DNA of 60,968 nucleotides, counting the filler. It is 7 parts of 7 records of this genome, joined end to end, with 100 filler letters (N's around TTAATTAATTAA, not from the genome) between each part and the next. Parts side by side here need not be neighbours in the genome. Positions count along the whole stretch, not along the records: positions 10,379 to 28,522 come from SRR20825006_3021; 6 more parts are not named here. The stretch is one strand, 5' to 3'. The position numbers were made by a program, and so were the translations under genes. The notes below the pieces were generated by a model. The model did not search any database. It had not been told where the DNA came from and was given only the letters and a program-made list of their open reading frames with translations. Below, piece after piece: positions 10,792 to 19,573 of this stretch (within the stretch, counting starts at the first letter, position 1; each line of letters starts with the position of its first letter).

Positions 10792-11563
10792 GGAGGCGTG
10801 GAGGCCTCTTGTCGGTGAGCTCCCACCTCCGGCAAGAGGAGAGGTGCATCTGGTTCGCGCACGCATCGCACACGCTGGCGCCGACGAGGCACATGAAGCC
10901 TTCTTTCGCGGCGCGCTCACCGGCGCGGAGAAAGCGCGCGCCGATCGCCTGATCGATCCTCGACGCGCTCGAGAATGGTCCGCCGCGCGCGCATCCCTGA
11001 GGCATATCCTCGCGGCCGCCGTTGGCGGCGCCTGCGATCCTCTCTCGCTCCGTTTCTCAGCGGGGCCGCACAAGAAACCATACCTTATCACGGACCCGTC
11101 AGGCGCCGCGCATCACCTGCGCTTTAACCTCTCGCACAGCGGCGTGTGGGCGCTGGTCGCGATCACCTGCCAGGACGAGCTCGGCGTCGACGTCGAATAT
11201 CGCGACCTCGAGCGCCCTACCCCGGCGCTGGCGAGGTATGCGTTCTCCAGGGATGAATACGCGCGCTGGGAGGCGCTCTGTGAGGAAGAGCAAAAGCTCA
11301 CGTTCTACAGGTTGTGGACGCGCAAGGAGGCTTACATCAAGGCGCTAGGTATGGGCCTGCACCTCGACCTCAAGAGCTTTGACCTGTCGCATGAAGAGGA
11401 CGCCCCGAGGTTGCTCGAGGCGCGCCACGAGGGCGCTCCCGAGGCGATCGCGTTCGAGAGTTTCATGGTGGATGGGCGCCATCAGGGCGCGCTGGCGATC
11501 TGCCGAGATGCGCTCGAGCGCATCTCGTTTTGGGAGTGGTCACCAGGGTCTGATGACGAGTGA
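10781..11563 (+). CDS. Sfp-type 4'-phosphopantetheinyl transferase
   Basis: FNLSHSG, LGVDVE and WTRKEAYIKALG motifs. Confidence 0.92.
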   Translation: MKSEEAWRPLVGELPPPARGEVHLVRARIAHAGADEAHEAFFRGALTGAEKARADRLIDPRRAREWSAARASLRHILAAAVGGACDPLSLRFSAGPHKKPYLITDPSGAAHHLRFNLSHSGVWALVAITCQDELGVDVEYRDLERPTPALARYAFSRDEYARWEALCEEEQKLTFYRLWTRKEAYIKALGMGLHLDLKSFDLSHEEDAPRLLEARHEGAPEAIAFESFMVDGRHQGALAICRDALERISFWEWSPGSDDE

Positions 11564-12535
11564 GACGGTCTCGAAGCGCTCCTCGGCCCAGTTGCTCTTG
11601 TAGTCGAGCTCGGAGCCAAGATCATACGCCGCGATCCCCTCACCGCAGAGCTCCTGGATGATGGCGATTTGAGCGAGGTTGCCGGGAGAGAGCGACTTGA
11701 AGTCCTCGTCATAAGAGAGCTGCAAGCCACGGTAACTGCTGGCCGTCAGACCGCCAAAAACAAACGCGATATCCTCCTCACCCTGTCGGACAAAGAGCAC
11801 GCGCAGGTTCCCTCTGGCGGCGAGCCTCGGGAGCATGCGTTGGTAGAACTCGCGCATCGGGTCATCGATGATGCCGGTCCCGGACTTCCCCTTCCAGCTT
11901 CGGCGCTCGACCGCAAGGATTCGATCGTAAACCTCGCGCCAGGACGGGCCCTCCTGTTCGGCGTCGAACTCGCGCAGGTACTCGTAGGAGACGCCCTCTT
12001 CTTCCCCGCGTCGCCAGGCGCGACGCAGGTTGGCGCGAAACTTCGAACTGCGCCTCGAGAGGAACTCCTCGTAACCTCCATCGAGGCTCGCGACGAACCT
12101 CGAGACGGGAGGCCCGACTCCGATGAAGTAGCGACCTCCGAAGCAATCGATGAGCGCGTTGTAGAACTGCTTGTTGCGCACCAGCCCGGAGAGGAAGAGC
12201 AGGTCCCAGTCATCGGATTCGCGCTCACAAGACACGGAGAACTGCTCGACGAGCGCTCTGGGGTCCTCGGCGGCAAAGGGAGAGGCGAGGCACCATGACG
12301 CCTCTAGCGGCTGCCTGAAGCGCCCCAGGCGCTCGTGCCAGCTCTTGACGAGGGCGACATACCCCTCGTCGTAGCGTGTGATCCAGGTGTCGAACTGATG
12401 CGTGAAGGCTTCGTGGGCGGAGAGCACCCAGGGCGTCGAGGAGCAAAACAGGTCGACCTCGGGGGTCATGGACATCGTCGCATCGAACGCAGCGGCGTCC
12501 TTCTCGAACTCTTCCAATGTGAGCAGCTCAGCCAT
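11540..12535 (-). CDS. GNAT family acetyltransferase (CelD/BcsL-like)
   Basis: FRANLRRAWRR, SYDEDFKSLSPGNL and YDLGSELDYKSNW motifs. Confidence 0.82.
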   Translation of the reverse strand: MAELLTLEEFEKDAAAFDATMSMTPEVDLFCSSTPWVLSAHEAFTHQFDTWITRYDEGYVALVKSWHERLGRFRQPLEASWCLASPFAAEDPRALVEQFSVSCERESDDWDLLFLSGLVRNKQFYNALIDCFGGRYFIGVGPPVSRFVASLDGGYEEFLSRRSSKFRANLRRAWRRGEEEGVSYEYLREFDAEQEGPSWREVYDRILAVERRSWKGKSGTGIIDDPMREFYQRMLPRLAARGNLRVLFVRQGEEDIAFVFGGLTASSYRGLQLSYDEDFKSLSPGNLAQIAIIQELCGEGIAAYDLGSELDYKSNWAEERFETVSLVIRPW

Positions 12536-12794
12536 ACAAAATCTCGCGCGATCGATCGAAAGATGAGAAAAGAGGGCGTTGACGATCAGCCGCCCTGGTA
12601 GGATAAATCCCTGAACCGCCGAGAAAATTCATTTGAAACCCTCGTCTTGCGCCCATACAATGCGGGGTCTCTCGAGTCAGGGGTGATCACAGACGTCGGT
12701 GACGCAAACTTTCCTGCACGAAGTCCGCACCTCAAGAGCATGCTCACCGGACGGGGAAAGTCACACGAACGAACGCAACAACAGGCATGGTGTC

Positions 12795-13607
12795 ATGGAC
12801 CTGAGCCGCGCGAAATATATCCTCCCCAACATGTTTACCCTCGGCAGTGTGATGTGCGCCATGTTCAGCATGCACATCTCGGCGACGGCGTCGACCCCCC
12901 GAGAGATGGCTCTGGCCGCGTGGCTGATCATCATCTCGGCGGTGTGTGACGTGAGCGATGGGCGCGTCGCGCGCATGACGCGCACCGAGAGCGAGTTTGG
13001 CGTCCAGCTCGACAGCCTCGCTGACGCCATCAGCTTCGGCATCGCGCCAGCGTGGTTGATGTATCACTGGGGCCTCTCGCAGCTCGGGAACTGGGGGATC
13101 GCCATCGCGTTCGTGTATGTGGGCTGCACGCTGATGCGGCTCGCGCGCTTTAACGTCTTGGCGGCCAAGGAAGATCACAGCGAGGGGCCGTCGCGCTACT
13201 TCCTCGGGCTCCCCTCTCCGCTCGCGGCTGGGACCGTCGTCGCCGTGGTGCTCGCGCACCTCTCGATCACCTCGCAGATGACCACCCCTGCCACGCTGAG
13301 CGTCTCGGTGATGTCGGTGCTGCTCGGCCTGCTGATGGTGAGCAACGTGCGCTACCGCACCTTCAAGGACGCCTCCCTGCGCAGCAGGGAGGGCCTCGTG
13401 ATCCTGGCGCTGTTGGCCGCGAGCATCACCGCAGGCGCGGTCTTCAAGCCCAGCCTCGCGGTCGTCATCCTGATGGCGCTCTATGTAATCATGGGACTTA
13501 TCGGCGCGTTGATTCACCTGAGCCGCAGCATCCTCTCCTCGGACAGCGAGGAAGAAGCAGACTTCTCCCAGGAGCTCGCCATCGAGAGCGACGAGAAGCT
13601 CGGCTAA
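12795..13607 (+). CDS. pssA: CDP-diacylglycerol--serine O-phosphatidyltransferase
   Basis: LPNMFT, DGRVAR...FGVQLDSLAD...FG, RLARFN and FLGLPSP motifs; start uncertain (12699 or 12795). Confidence 0.9.
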   Translation: MDLSRAKYILPNMFTLGSVMCAMFSMHISATASTPREMALAAWLIIISAVCDVSDGRVARMTRTESEFGVQLDSLADAISFGIAPAWLMYHWGLSQLGNWGIAIAFVYVGCTLMRLARFNVLAAKEDHSEGPSRYFLGLPSPLAAGTVVAVVLAHLSITSQMTTPATLSVSVMSVLLGLLMVSNVRYRTFKDASLRSREGLVILALLAASITAGAVFKPSLAVVILMALYVIMGLIGALIHLSRSILSSDSEEEADFSQELAIESDEKLG

Positions 13608-13699
13608 GGAATCTGAACAGCCTCTTGCCAAAGTGGCGCTCGTGAGAAAAGATCGCGGCATCTCTTGCTCGTTGTCCCCACCCTCACCGGCGAATCCTC

Positions 13700-14563
13700 A
13701 TGCCTCTTCCCTTGACCCGTGGCATCGATAAGCTCTTTAGCAGAGCACTCTCCAGGCAGGCGCGCGAGAACATCGACGCGCTCGACGCAGGTCAGAACGA
13801 GCACGGCTTCGATCCGTTCGGCTTCGAGCCTCAATTCTTGCGCTACGTCGCGCCGATCGCCGAGTGGTTCTTCCGCGTTTATTTCGACGCCGAGGTTCAC
13901 GGCATCGACAACATCCCCGACACCGGACCCGTGCTCCTGATCTCGAATCACTCGGGCCAGATCCCCGTCGACGGGATGCTCATCGGCACCGCCTGTCTGC
14001 TCGAGAAGAAGCCGCCGCGCATGATCCGCAGCATGGTCGAGCGCTGGATCCCGGACATTCCGTTTATCTCCTGGGTCTTTGCCCGAGCAGGCCAGGTCGT
14101 CGGGACCCGCGAGAACGCGCGCATCTTGCTAAGGCGCGGAGGATGCATCCTCGTCTTCCCCGAGGGGGTGCGCGGCATCAGCAAGACCTACGATCGCGCC
14201 TATCAACTCCAGGAGTTCGGGCTCGGCTTCATGAGGCTCGCGCTCGAGACCAACACGCCGATCGTGCCGGTCGCCGTGGTCGGCGGCGAGGAACAGATGC
14301 CCGCGGTCGCAGACCTGAAAGGGTTGGGGAAGTTGCTCGGGATGCCCGCCTTCCCGATCACCCCGACCTTCCCGCTGCTCGGGCCATTGGGAGGATTACC
14401 GCTCCCGGTCAAATACAGGCTCCACTTTGGCGAGCCGATCCATTTTGAAGGGGCGCCAGACGATGAGGATCGCGTGATCCGAGCGCAGGTGCGCGAGGTC
14501 ACGAGCGCCATCGAGGCCATGATCGAACAGGGATTGCGCGAACGTGAAGGAGTCTTTCTTTGA
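13700..14563 (+). CDS. Lysophospholipid/glycerol acyltransferase
   Basis: NHSGQIPVDG and VFPEG motifs. Confidence 0.9.
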   Translation: MPLPLTRGIDKLFSRALSRQARENIDALDAGQNEHGFDPFGFEPQFLRYVAPIAEWFFRVYFDAEVHGIDNIPDTGPVLLISNHSGQIPVDGMLIGTACLLEKKPPRMIRSMVERWIPDIPFISWVFARAGQVVGTRENARILLRRGGCILVFPEGVRGISKTYDRAYQLQEFGLGFMRLALETNTPIVPVAVVGGEEQMPAVADLKGLGKLLGMPAFPITPTFPLLGPLGGLPLPVKYRLHFGEPIHFEGAPDDEDRVIRAQVREVTSAIEAMIEQGLREREGVFL

Positions 14564-15519
14564 AGCGACGTCGCCGCTCAGCCAGAAAACAACGGGTGCT
14601 GATCACCGGGATCGGAGGGAACCTCGGGCGCGCCGTCGCGCGCAGGCTCCACCGCACCTGCGATATCGTGGGGATGGATCGGCGCCCGGTGCGCCATATG
14701 CCAAAGGATATCGGCATCGAGACGATCGATATCCGTCGAAGACGCGCCGAGGATGTCTTCAGGCGCGAGGACTTCGACGCGGTGGTGCACCTGAATATCT
14801 TGCATGACCCGCGCTCCTCGCAGGAACAACACCACGAGTTTAACATCGGCGGCACCCAGAAGATCGCCAACCTGTGCGCCGAGCACGGCGTCCCGAAGCT
14901 CATCATCCTCTCGAGCTCCAACGTCTACGGCCCGCGCTCGGACAACGACCAGTTCCTGACCGAGGACGCGCCGCTCATGGGAGGTCAAAACTTTGGCGCC
15001 ATCCGCGATCTGATCGCGCTCGATATGTACTGCAACACGTTCTTCTGGCGATTCCCAGAGATCGAGACGGTGATCCTGCGGCCTACTCATATCATCGGCC
15101 GCGTGAACAACGCGCCGAGCCGTTATTTGAGGATGAAGAAGCCGATCGCCCTGCTCGGGTTCGATCCGATGATCCAGCTCATCCACGCCGAGGATGTGAT
15201 CACCGGGATCGAGCTCGCGCTGACGCCTGGAATTCGAGGCATCTACAACCTCGCCGGCCCCTCGCCAGTGCCCCTCTCCTACCTCTTCGATCGCCTCGAG
15301 AGGAAGCCGCGCTACCTCCCAGAACCTGTCGCCAAGGCCACCCTCAAGCTGGCCTGGTCGCTAAAAGCGAGCGACTGGCCTTCACCCGAACTCGATCATA
15401 TCAAGTATGTCTGTATGGTCGATGATCAGCAGGCCAGAGCGCAGTTGGGGTACCAACATGAACACGGCCTCGATTCGATTTTCCATCTCCTACAGACTTC
15501 GGGCTCTCTTAACCTATAA
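14560..15519 (+). CDS. NAD-dependent epimerase/dehydratase (extended SDR)
   Basis: VLITGIGGNLG Rossmann motif and SSSNVYG; 4-nt overlap with the acyltransferase. Confidence 0.88.
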   Translation: MKRRRRSARKQRVLITGIGGNLGRAVARRLHRTCDIVGMDRRPVRHMPKDIGIETIDIRRRRAEDVFRREDFDAVVHLNILHDPRSSQEQHHEFNIGGTQKIANLCAEHGVPKLIILSSSNVYGPRSDNDQFLTEDAPLMGGQNFGAIRDLIALDMYCNTFFWRFPEIETVILRPTHIIGRVNNAPSRYLRMKKPIALLGFDPMIQLIHAEDVITGIELALTPGIRGIYNLAGPSPVPLSYLFDRLERKPRYLPEPVAKATLKLAWSLKASDWPSPELDHIKYVCMVDDQQARAQLGYQHEHGLDSIFHLLQTSGSLNL

Positions 15520-15759
15520 CATTAAGACTCATCATTTGACGAAACGCTGTTGTTGTATTAACTTCGTCGTGGCAAATCACTATCGTGCCTGGATCAAATT
15601 AGGGGGTCTTGTCCAGCATCACCCCCATATCATTTAGGCGACCTCGCGCTCCATCGATTCCGAAAGGTTTCGTCTGGAGCTGTCACGAGGTGGGAGAGGA
15701 CTGCGTGAAACAACACGCCGTCCTCGAACCATCTCGATCCCCCTGTATCAGGAGGATTT

Positions 15760-16302
15760 GTGGACCTGAAGAAAGAAGTCTTTACGACTTTCGAGGCCGC
15801 GAATTTGTGCAACGCGAATGTCTCATCGATCAAAAATTGGATCGAGAAAGGGGAGCTCGAAGCGTTTCGAACCCCCGGAGGACACTACCGCATCCGCAAC
15901 AGTTCGCTCTCGGAATTCCTCGACAAGCATGGCATGCCAAACCCGCTCGCCGAGAACGGCACCAAGGTGGTAGCTGCTTTTCAAGAAGAGCAGATCTTGA
16001 GCATCCTGAGCGAAGAACTCGAAAACATCGAGTTTCACGCGTCCAGGCACATCCTGGATACACTGTTGCTGTTGGGGGAACACCAACCCCGATACGCGAT
16101 CCTGAGCGAACGTTGCCTGCTCAAAATCGATACCGGCGAGCTCATCGCCGCGATCAAACGCAGCGAAACCCTCTCGAGCACGAATATCATCGTGGTCACA
16201 GAGAAGCCGCGAGACCTCGAGCACGCCGCGGGCGTGCAGCGCGCCGAATCACACCAGGAGACGGCGCGCAGAGTCCTCGAGCACATCACGAATGAAGACT
16301 AG
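15760..16302 (+). CDS. Excisionase/MerR-type HTH protein with degenerate receiver-like domain
   Basis: FTTFEAANLC...IKNWIEKGELEAFRTPGGHYRI; AGGAGG RBS before GTG; C-terminus REC-like. Confidence 0.8.
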   Translation: MDLKKEVFTTFEAANLCNANVSSIKNWIEKGELEAFRTPGGHYRIRNSSLSEFLDKHGMPNPLAENGTKVVAAFQEEQILSILSEELENIEFHASRHILDTLLLLGEHQPRYAILSERCLLKIDTGELIAAIKRSETLSSTNIIVVTEKPRDLEHAAGVQRAESHQETARRVLEHITNED

Positions 16303-17591
16303 CACTTGCGGGCTTTGACCGTGATGGCATCCCCTTCCACGCTCTCCTCGATCACTTCGAAGCCCGCGCGCTCCATGCGTTGGTAGAGCTCCTTCTGGGA
16401 GAACCAGTGAAACTTCGAGGGGATCTCGGCGACTCGCTTGGCGATCTTGCGAAGCAAACCGCTGCCGAGCGTGAAGGTCCCGATCACACAGATCCCGCCC
16501 TGCTCGAGCACGCAGGCGAAGTTGCGAAGCGCTTCGTCGATGTCATCCATCATATGCAGCGCGCCAGCACAGTGGAGGCGATCGAAGGCGCCACGTCTCA
16601 TCGGCAGTCGCGTCGCGTCCCCGCGCACGAGGAAGAGCCTCTCCTCGAGCTGGTCGCGGCGGATGTATTTGCGCGCCGTCTCGAGCATGGGCCACGAGAG
16701 ATCCACCCCGACCAACAACGCGTCTGAGCGCACCTCTCCATCTTCATGGACCGAGAGCGCGTCGAGTCGCTGCGCGAAGTAGCGCGTGAAGTTCCCCGTC
16801 CCGCACGCCACGTCCAACAGGCGAGAGTCGGACTGGAGGTCGAGCAATTCGGTCGAGAGCGCGTACTCCTCGCGGAGCGTGCGCTCGGTCACGATGCTCG
16901 TGAGCTTGGGGCGCATGATCTCTTCATAGAAGCGCGAGTAAAACCTGCTCTCCATCACGCGCTGGGACATGTTGGTCCCCTTGCGGTATGGAGGCGCGAG
17001 GTCTGCGACCCCTTCCTGGAAGTTGTACTCGCGGCGACACGCTGTGCACGTCAGGCTCGCGCCATACACATCGAAGGACTCGTTCCCACAGTTGGGGCAG
17101 ATCAACACACCGAGGAAACGATCGAGCGCGGTCTCGCCAGGCGAAACATCTTCGGGTGCCGTCGCTGCGCTGACATCATCCTCGCGCTCGGCCTCGGCGG
17201 GCTCATCCTCTGCTGGCAACTCGACCGCCGCGTCTTCGGACGCGACTTCAGCGCTGGCATCGTCCGAGACAACCTCCTCGACCTCCGCCACATCTGGTTG
17301 CTCGGCCTCGACCTCGACCTCGACGTCAGCCTCTGCCTCAGCTTCGACCTCAGGCTCGGCATCGACCTCCTCTGTCTCCATGGCAGCCAGCGCCGCGGCG
17401 AGGATCTTCTCCTGGGTGGCCTTACCGATACCGCTCAGGTTGGTCAGTTCGCCCTGTTGTGCGAGCTCGACGAGCTCTTCGATCGAACGAACCTCGAGCT
17501 GCTCATACATCAGCGTCGCGCGTTGCGTCCCGACGTTCTTCACCTGAGAGAGCTTCTCGATGATCTCTTCTTTCGCGTTTTCTTGTGCCAT
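16299..17591 (-). CDS. Class I SAM methyltransferase with N-terminal helix-hairpin-helix domain and zinc ribbon
   Basis: VKNVG and LSGIGKAT HhH motifs; acidic linker; CPNC...CTAC; LDVACGTG, GVDLS and GDATRLP. Confidence 0.85.
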   Translation of the reverse strand: MAQENAKEEIIEKLSQVKNVGTQRATLMYEQLEVRSIEELVELAQQGELTNLSGIGKATQEKILAAALAAMETEEVDAEPEVEAEAEADVEVEVEAEQPDVAEVEEVVSDDASAEVASEDAAVELPAEDEPAEAEREDDVSAATAPEDVSPGETALDRFLGVLICPNCGNESFDVYGASLTCTACRREYNFQEGVADLAPPYRKGTNMSQRVMESRFYSRFYEEIMRPKLTSIVTERTLREEYALSTELLDLQSDSRLLDVACGTGNFTRYFAQRLDALSVHEDGEVRSDALLVGVDLSWPMLETARKYIRRDQLEERLFLVRGDATRLPMRRGAFDRLHCAGALHMMDDIDEALRNFACVLEQGGICVIGTFTLGSGLLRKIAKRVAEIPSKFHWFSQKELYQRMERAGFEVIEESVEGDAITVKARKC

Positions 17592-17840
17592 TGCTGCTCA
17601 TCCATCTTTCAGAACATCCCTCTGCACGCGCCATGGCACCTCACCATCGTGACGTGGTGGAGCCTTGTAGGACGCCAGGGGGTTTATTCAACCATCAGCT
17701 CAGCCGCAAACGGCGATCTGAGCGGCTATTTATATAAGGGGAGTAAAGCGCTTGCCACAAGGAACTTGGCGAGACACCTTCCATTGGTGAGATGTTGTTC
17801 GGCAGGAAGAGAGCGCACAAAAAGTATCCCAGTGGCGCGT

Positions 17841-19532
17841 TCACATCCCCAATGCCTTGCGGATTTGATCGCGTTGATAACGGGCGATGCTTGCCTTTTT
17901 GCCAGCCGGAAAGCGGCTCAGGTAACCTTCGTAGACCTTGAGCGCCTCGTTCAGGTTGCCCTTGGCGCGCTCGGCGCGGCCAAGGCCGATGTAGGCGTCC
18001 TCATAGCTCGAGTTAATGCTGATCGCGCGTCGAAACTGAACGGAGGCGGACTCGGTCCGTCCCATGGACAGGAGCGCCCACCCGAGACCGGTCACCGCCT
18101 CGATGTTGCGGTTATCGATGTCGAGCGCGTCATGATAGAGATCGCGCGCTTTATCGTGCTTGTCTCGCTCTCGTGCGCGGCGAGCATCCTTGAGGATGCT
18201 GTCAATATCCGAGCGCTTCGCGTGGCGCTCGGCGCGCGAAGCGCCAGTGTTGACGGCAGCCATGAGCTTGGGTCGAGACTCTTCGATCACCGTGGCGAGC
18301 ATCTCGGCCTCTCTGGCATCCGCGGCCTCACGCGCCTTTTCCAGCGAAGATGCCATCCCGGCGATCGCCTCACCGACGGGGTCTTTCTCCTCTGGAGGCT
18401 GCGCGGCGCCCTTCTCGGTTTCCTTGCTGTCTTTCTCGGCGACCTCTTTGGTCTGCTGGCTTTTCCCGAGCAACGCCATGACCCGGTCGCGCTCGAATGT
18501 CCACGCGTAGCCACCTGCGCCGAGGATCAACAAGACCACGAACATCGCGACGAACAAGCCCGCGCGGCTCTTCTTTGGCGCCTGAACCGGCACCTCCTCG
18601 TTCACCGCGTCGAACTTACCCGAGACAGTGCTCAGGTCCCCGAGGCTCCACTCTTCCTGAGGCTCCTCTCGAACCGACTCGATCCCACCAGCCTGACCGG
18701 ACATCCTCGTATCGAGGCGGATGCGATCGCCGCGTGCAGGCTCTGGCGCAGGTTGTTGTGGTTGTCGCTGCGGTTGTGCGTGCTCGCCGGATGGCATCGG
18801 AGTACGCGCTGGCTCGCGCTGCCCCTGATTAAATGCAGGCTGCGGACCAGTGACGCGGTTTTGAGGCCCCGTAGCAGATGGCGATGGGGGGGTCGTGAAG
18901 TGAGGTTGGCTTTGTGGCGCGGGAGCCTGAGGCACTGGGCCAGAGTGTTGTTGTGGCCTCGTGGGCTGCCGGTTTGCCTCGGCGTGTGCCTTCTCGATCT
19001 GTGCGAGCTTTTCATCTCGCGAGAACTCGCGAGTGGACTCCCCGGTGTCGAGATGATCGAGCGCATCTGCGCGCGCGAACTGCTGCATCGTCCTGGCCCG
19101 GTTGCGCTCCGGCGGCGGCTGCAATGGCGTGGTCAGATCATCTTGAGCGGGAGTGAGGGATGGGAGCGAGGGGGTCTCGAGCGCGCCCTTGGAGAGATGG
19201 CTGATGCTATCGAGGACCTGGAATATCGGCATAAACTCGCCGACATCATCGAGCGCGGTCCACTTGTCGCCCGTGCGCGAGATCTGATCCTGTTTTTGGA
19301 CCTTCCCCTCGAGGATCCAACGGTGCAATACATCGAAGCCAGCAAAATAGAGCACATCACCGGTCTGGCGATCTCGCACCATCCAGCGGCTCTGATTTTC
19401 CTGGATCGAGGTGGTCGTCTCGAGCCGAAAGAGGTGCTGACAAACGCTACACTTTAGCGTCGCCACAGCCCCTCTCATCTGGCGCTCGTCAAACTCGAAG
19501 ACGGTCGCACACTTTGGACAACGGACTTCCAT
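17841..19532 (-). CDS. MJ0042-type zinc ribbon + GYF-like + TM + TPR protein
   Basis: MEVRCPKC...KCSVC; WMVRD...LHRWILEGKV...ISRTGDKW; P/Q-rich linker; one TM; C-terminal TPRs. Confidence 0.85.
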   Translation of the reverse strand: MEVRCPKCATVFEFDERQMRGAVATLKCSVCQHLFRLETTTSIQENQSRWMVRDRQTGDVLYFAGFDVLHRWILEGKVQKQDQISRTGDKWTALDDVGEFMPIFQVLDSISHLSKGALETPSLPSLTPAQDDLTTPLQPPPERNRARTMQQFARADALDHLDTGESTREFSRDEKLAQIEKAHAEANRQPTRPQQHSGPVPQAPAPQSQPHFTTPPSPSATGPQNRVTGPQPAFNQGQREPARTPMPSGEHAQPQRQPQQPAPEPARGDRIRLDTRMSGQAGGIESVREEPQEEWSLGDLSTVSGKFDAVNEEVPVQAPKKSRAGLFVAMFVVLLILGAGGYAWTFERDRVMALLGKSQQTKEVAEKDSKETEKGAAQPPEEKDPVGEAIAGMASSLEKAREAADAREAEMLATVIEESRPKLMAAVNTGASRAERHAKRSDIDSILKDARRARERDKHDKARDLYHDALDIDNRNIEAVTGLGWALLSMGRTESASVQFRRAISINSSYEDAYIGLGRAERAKGNLNEALKVYEGYLSRFPAGKKASIARYQRDQIRKALGM

Positions 19533-19573
19533 GCGTGGTTACTTTTCCCGTGCAGGCCCCAGGTGAGAGACGT

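Noticed and set aside
16746..19457. 903-aa plus-strand ORF, the longest in the track
   Set aside because: Antisense shadow of two well-supported minus-strand genes in GC-rich DNA; no recognisable motifs.
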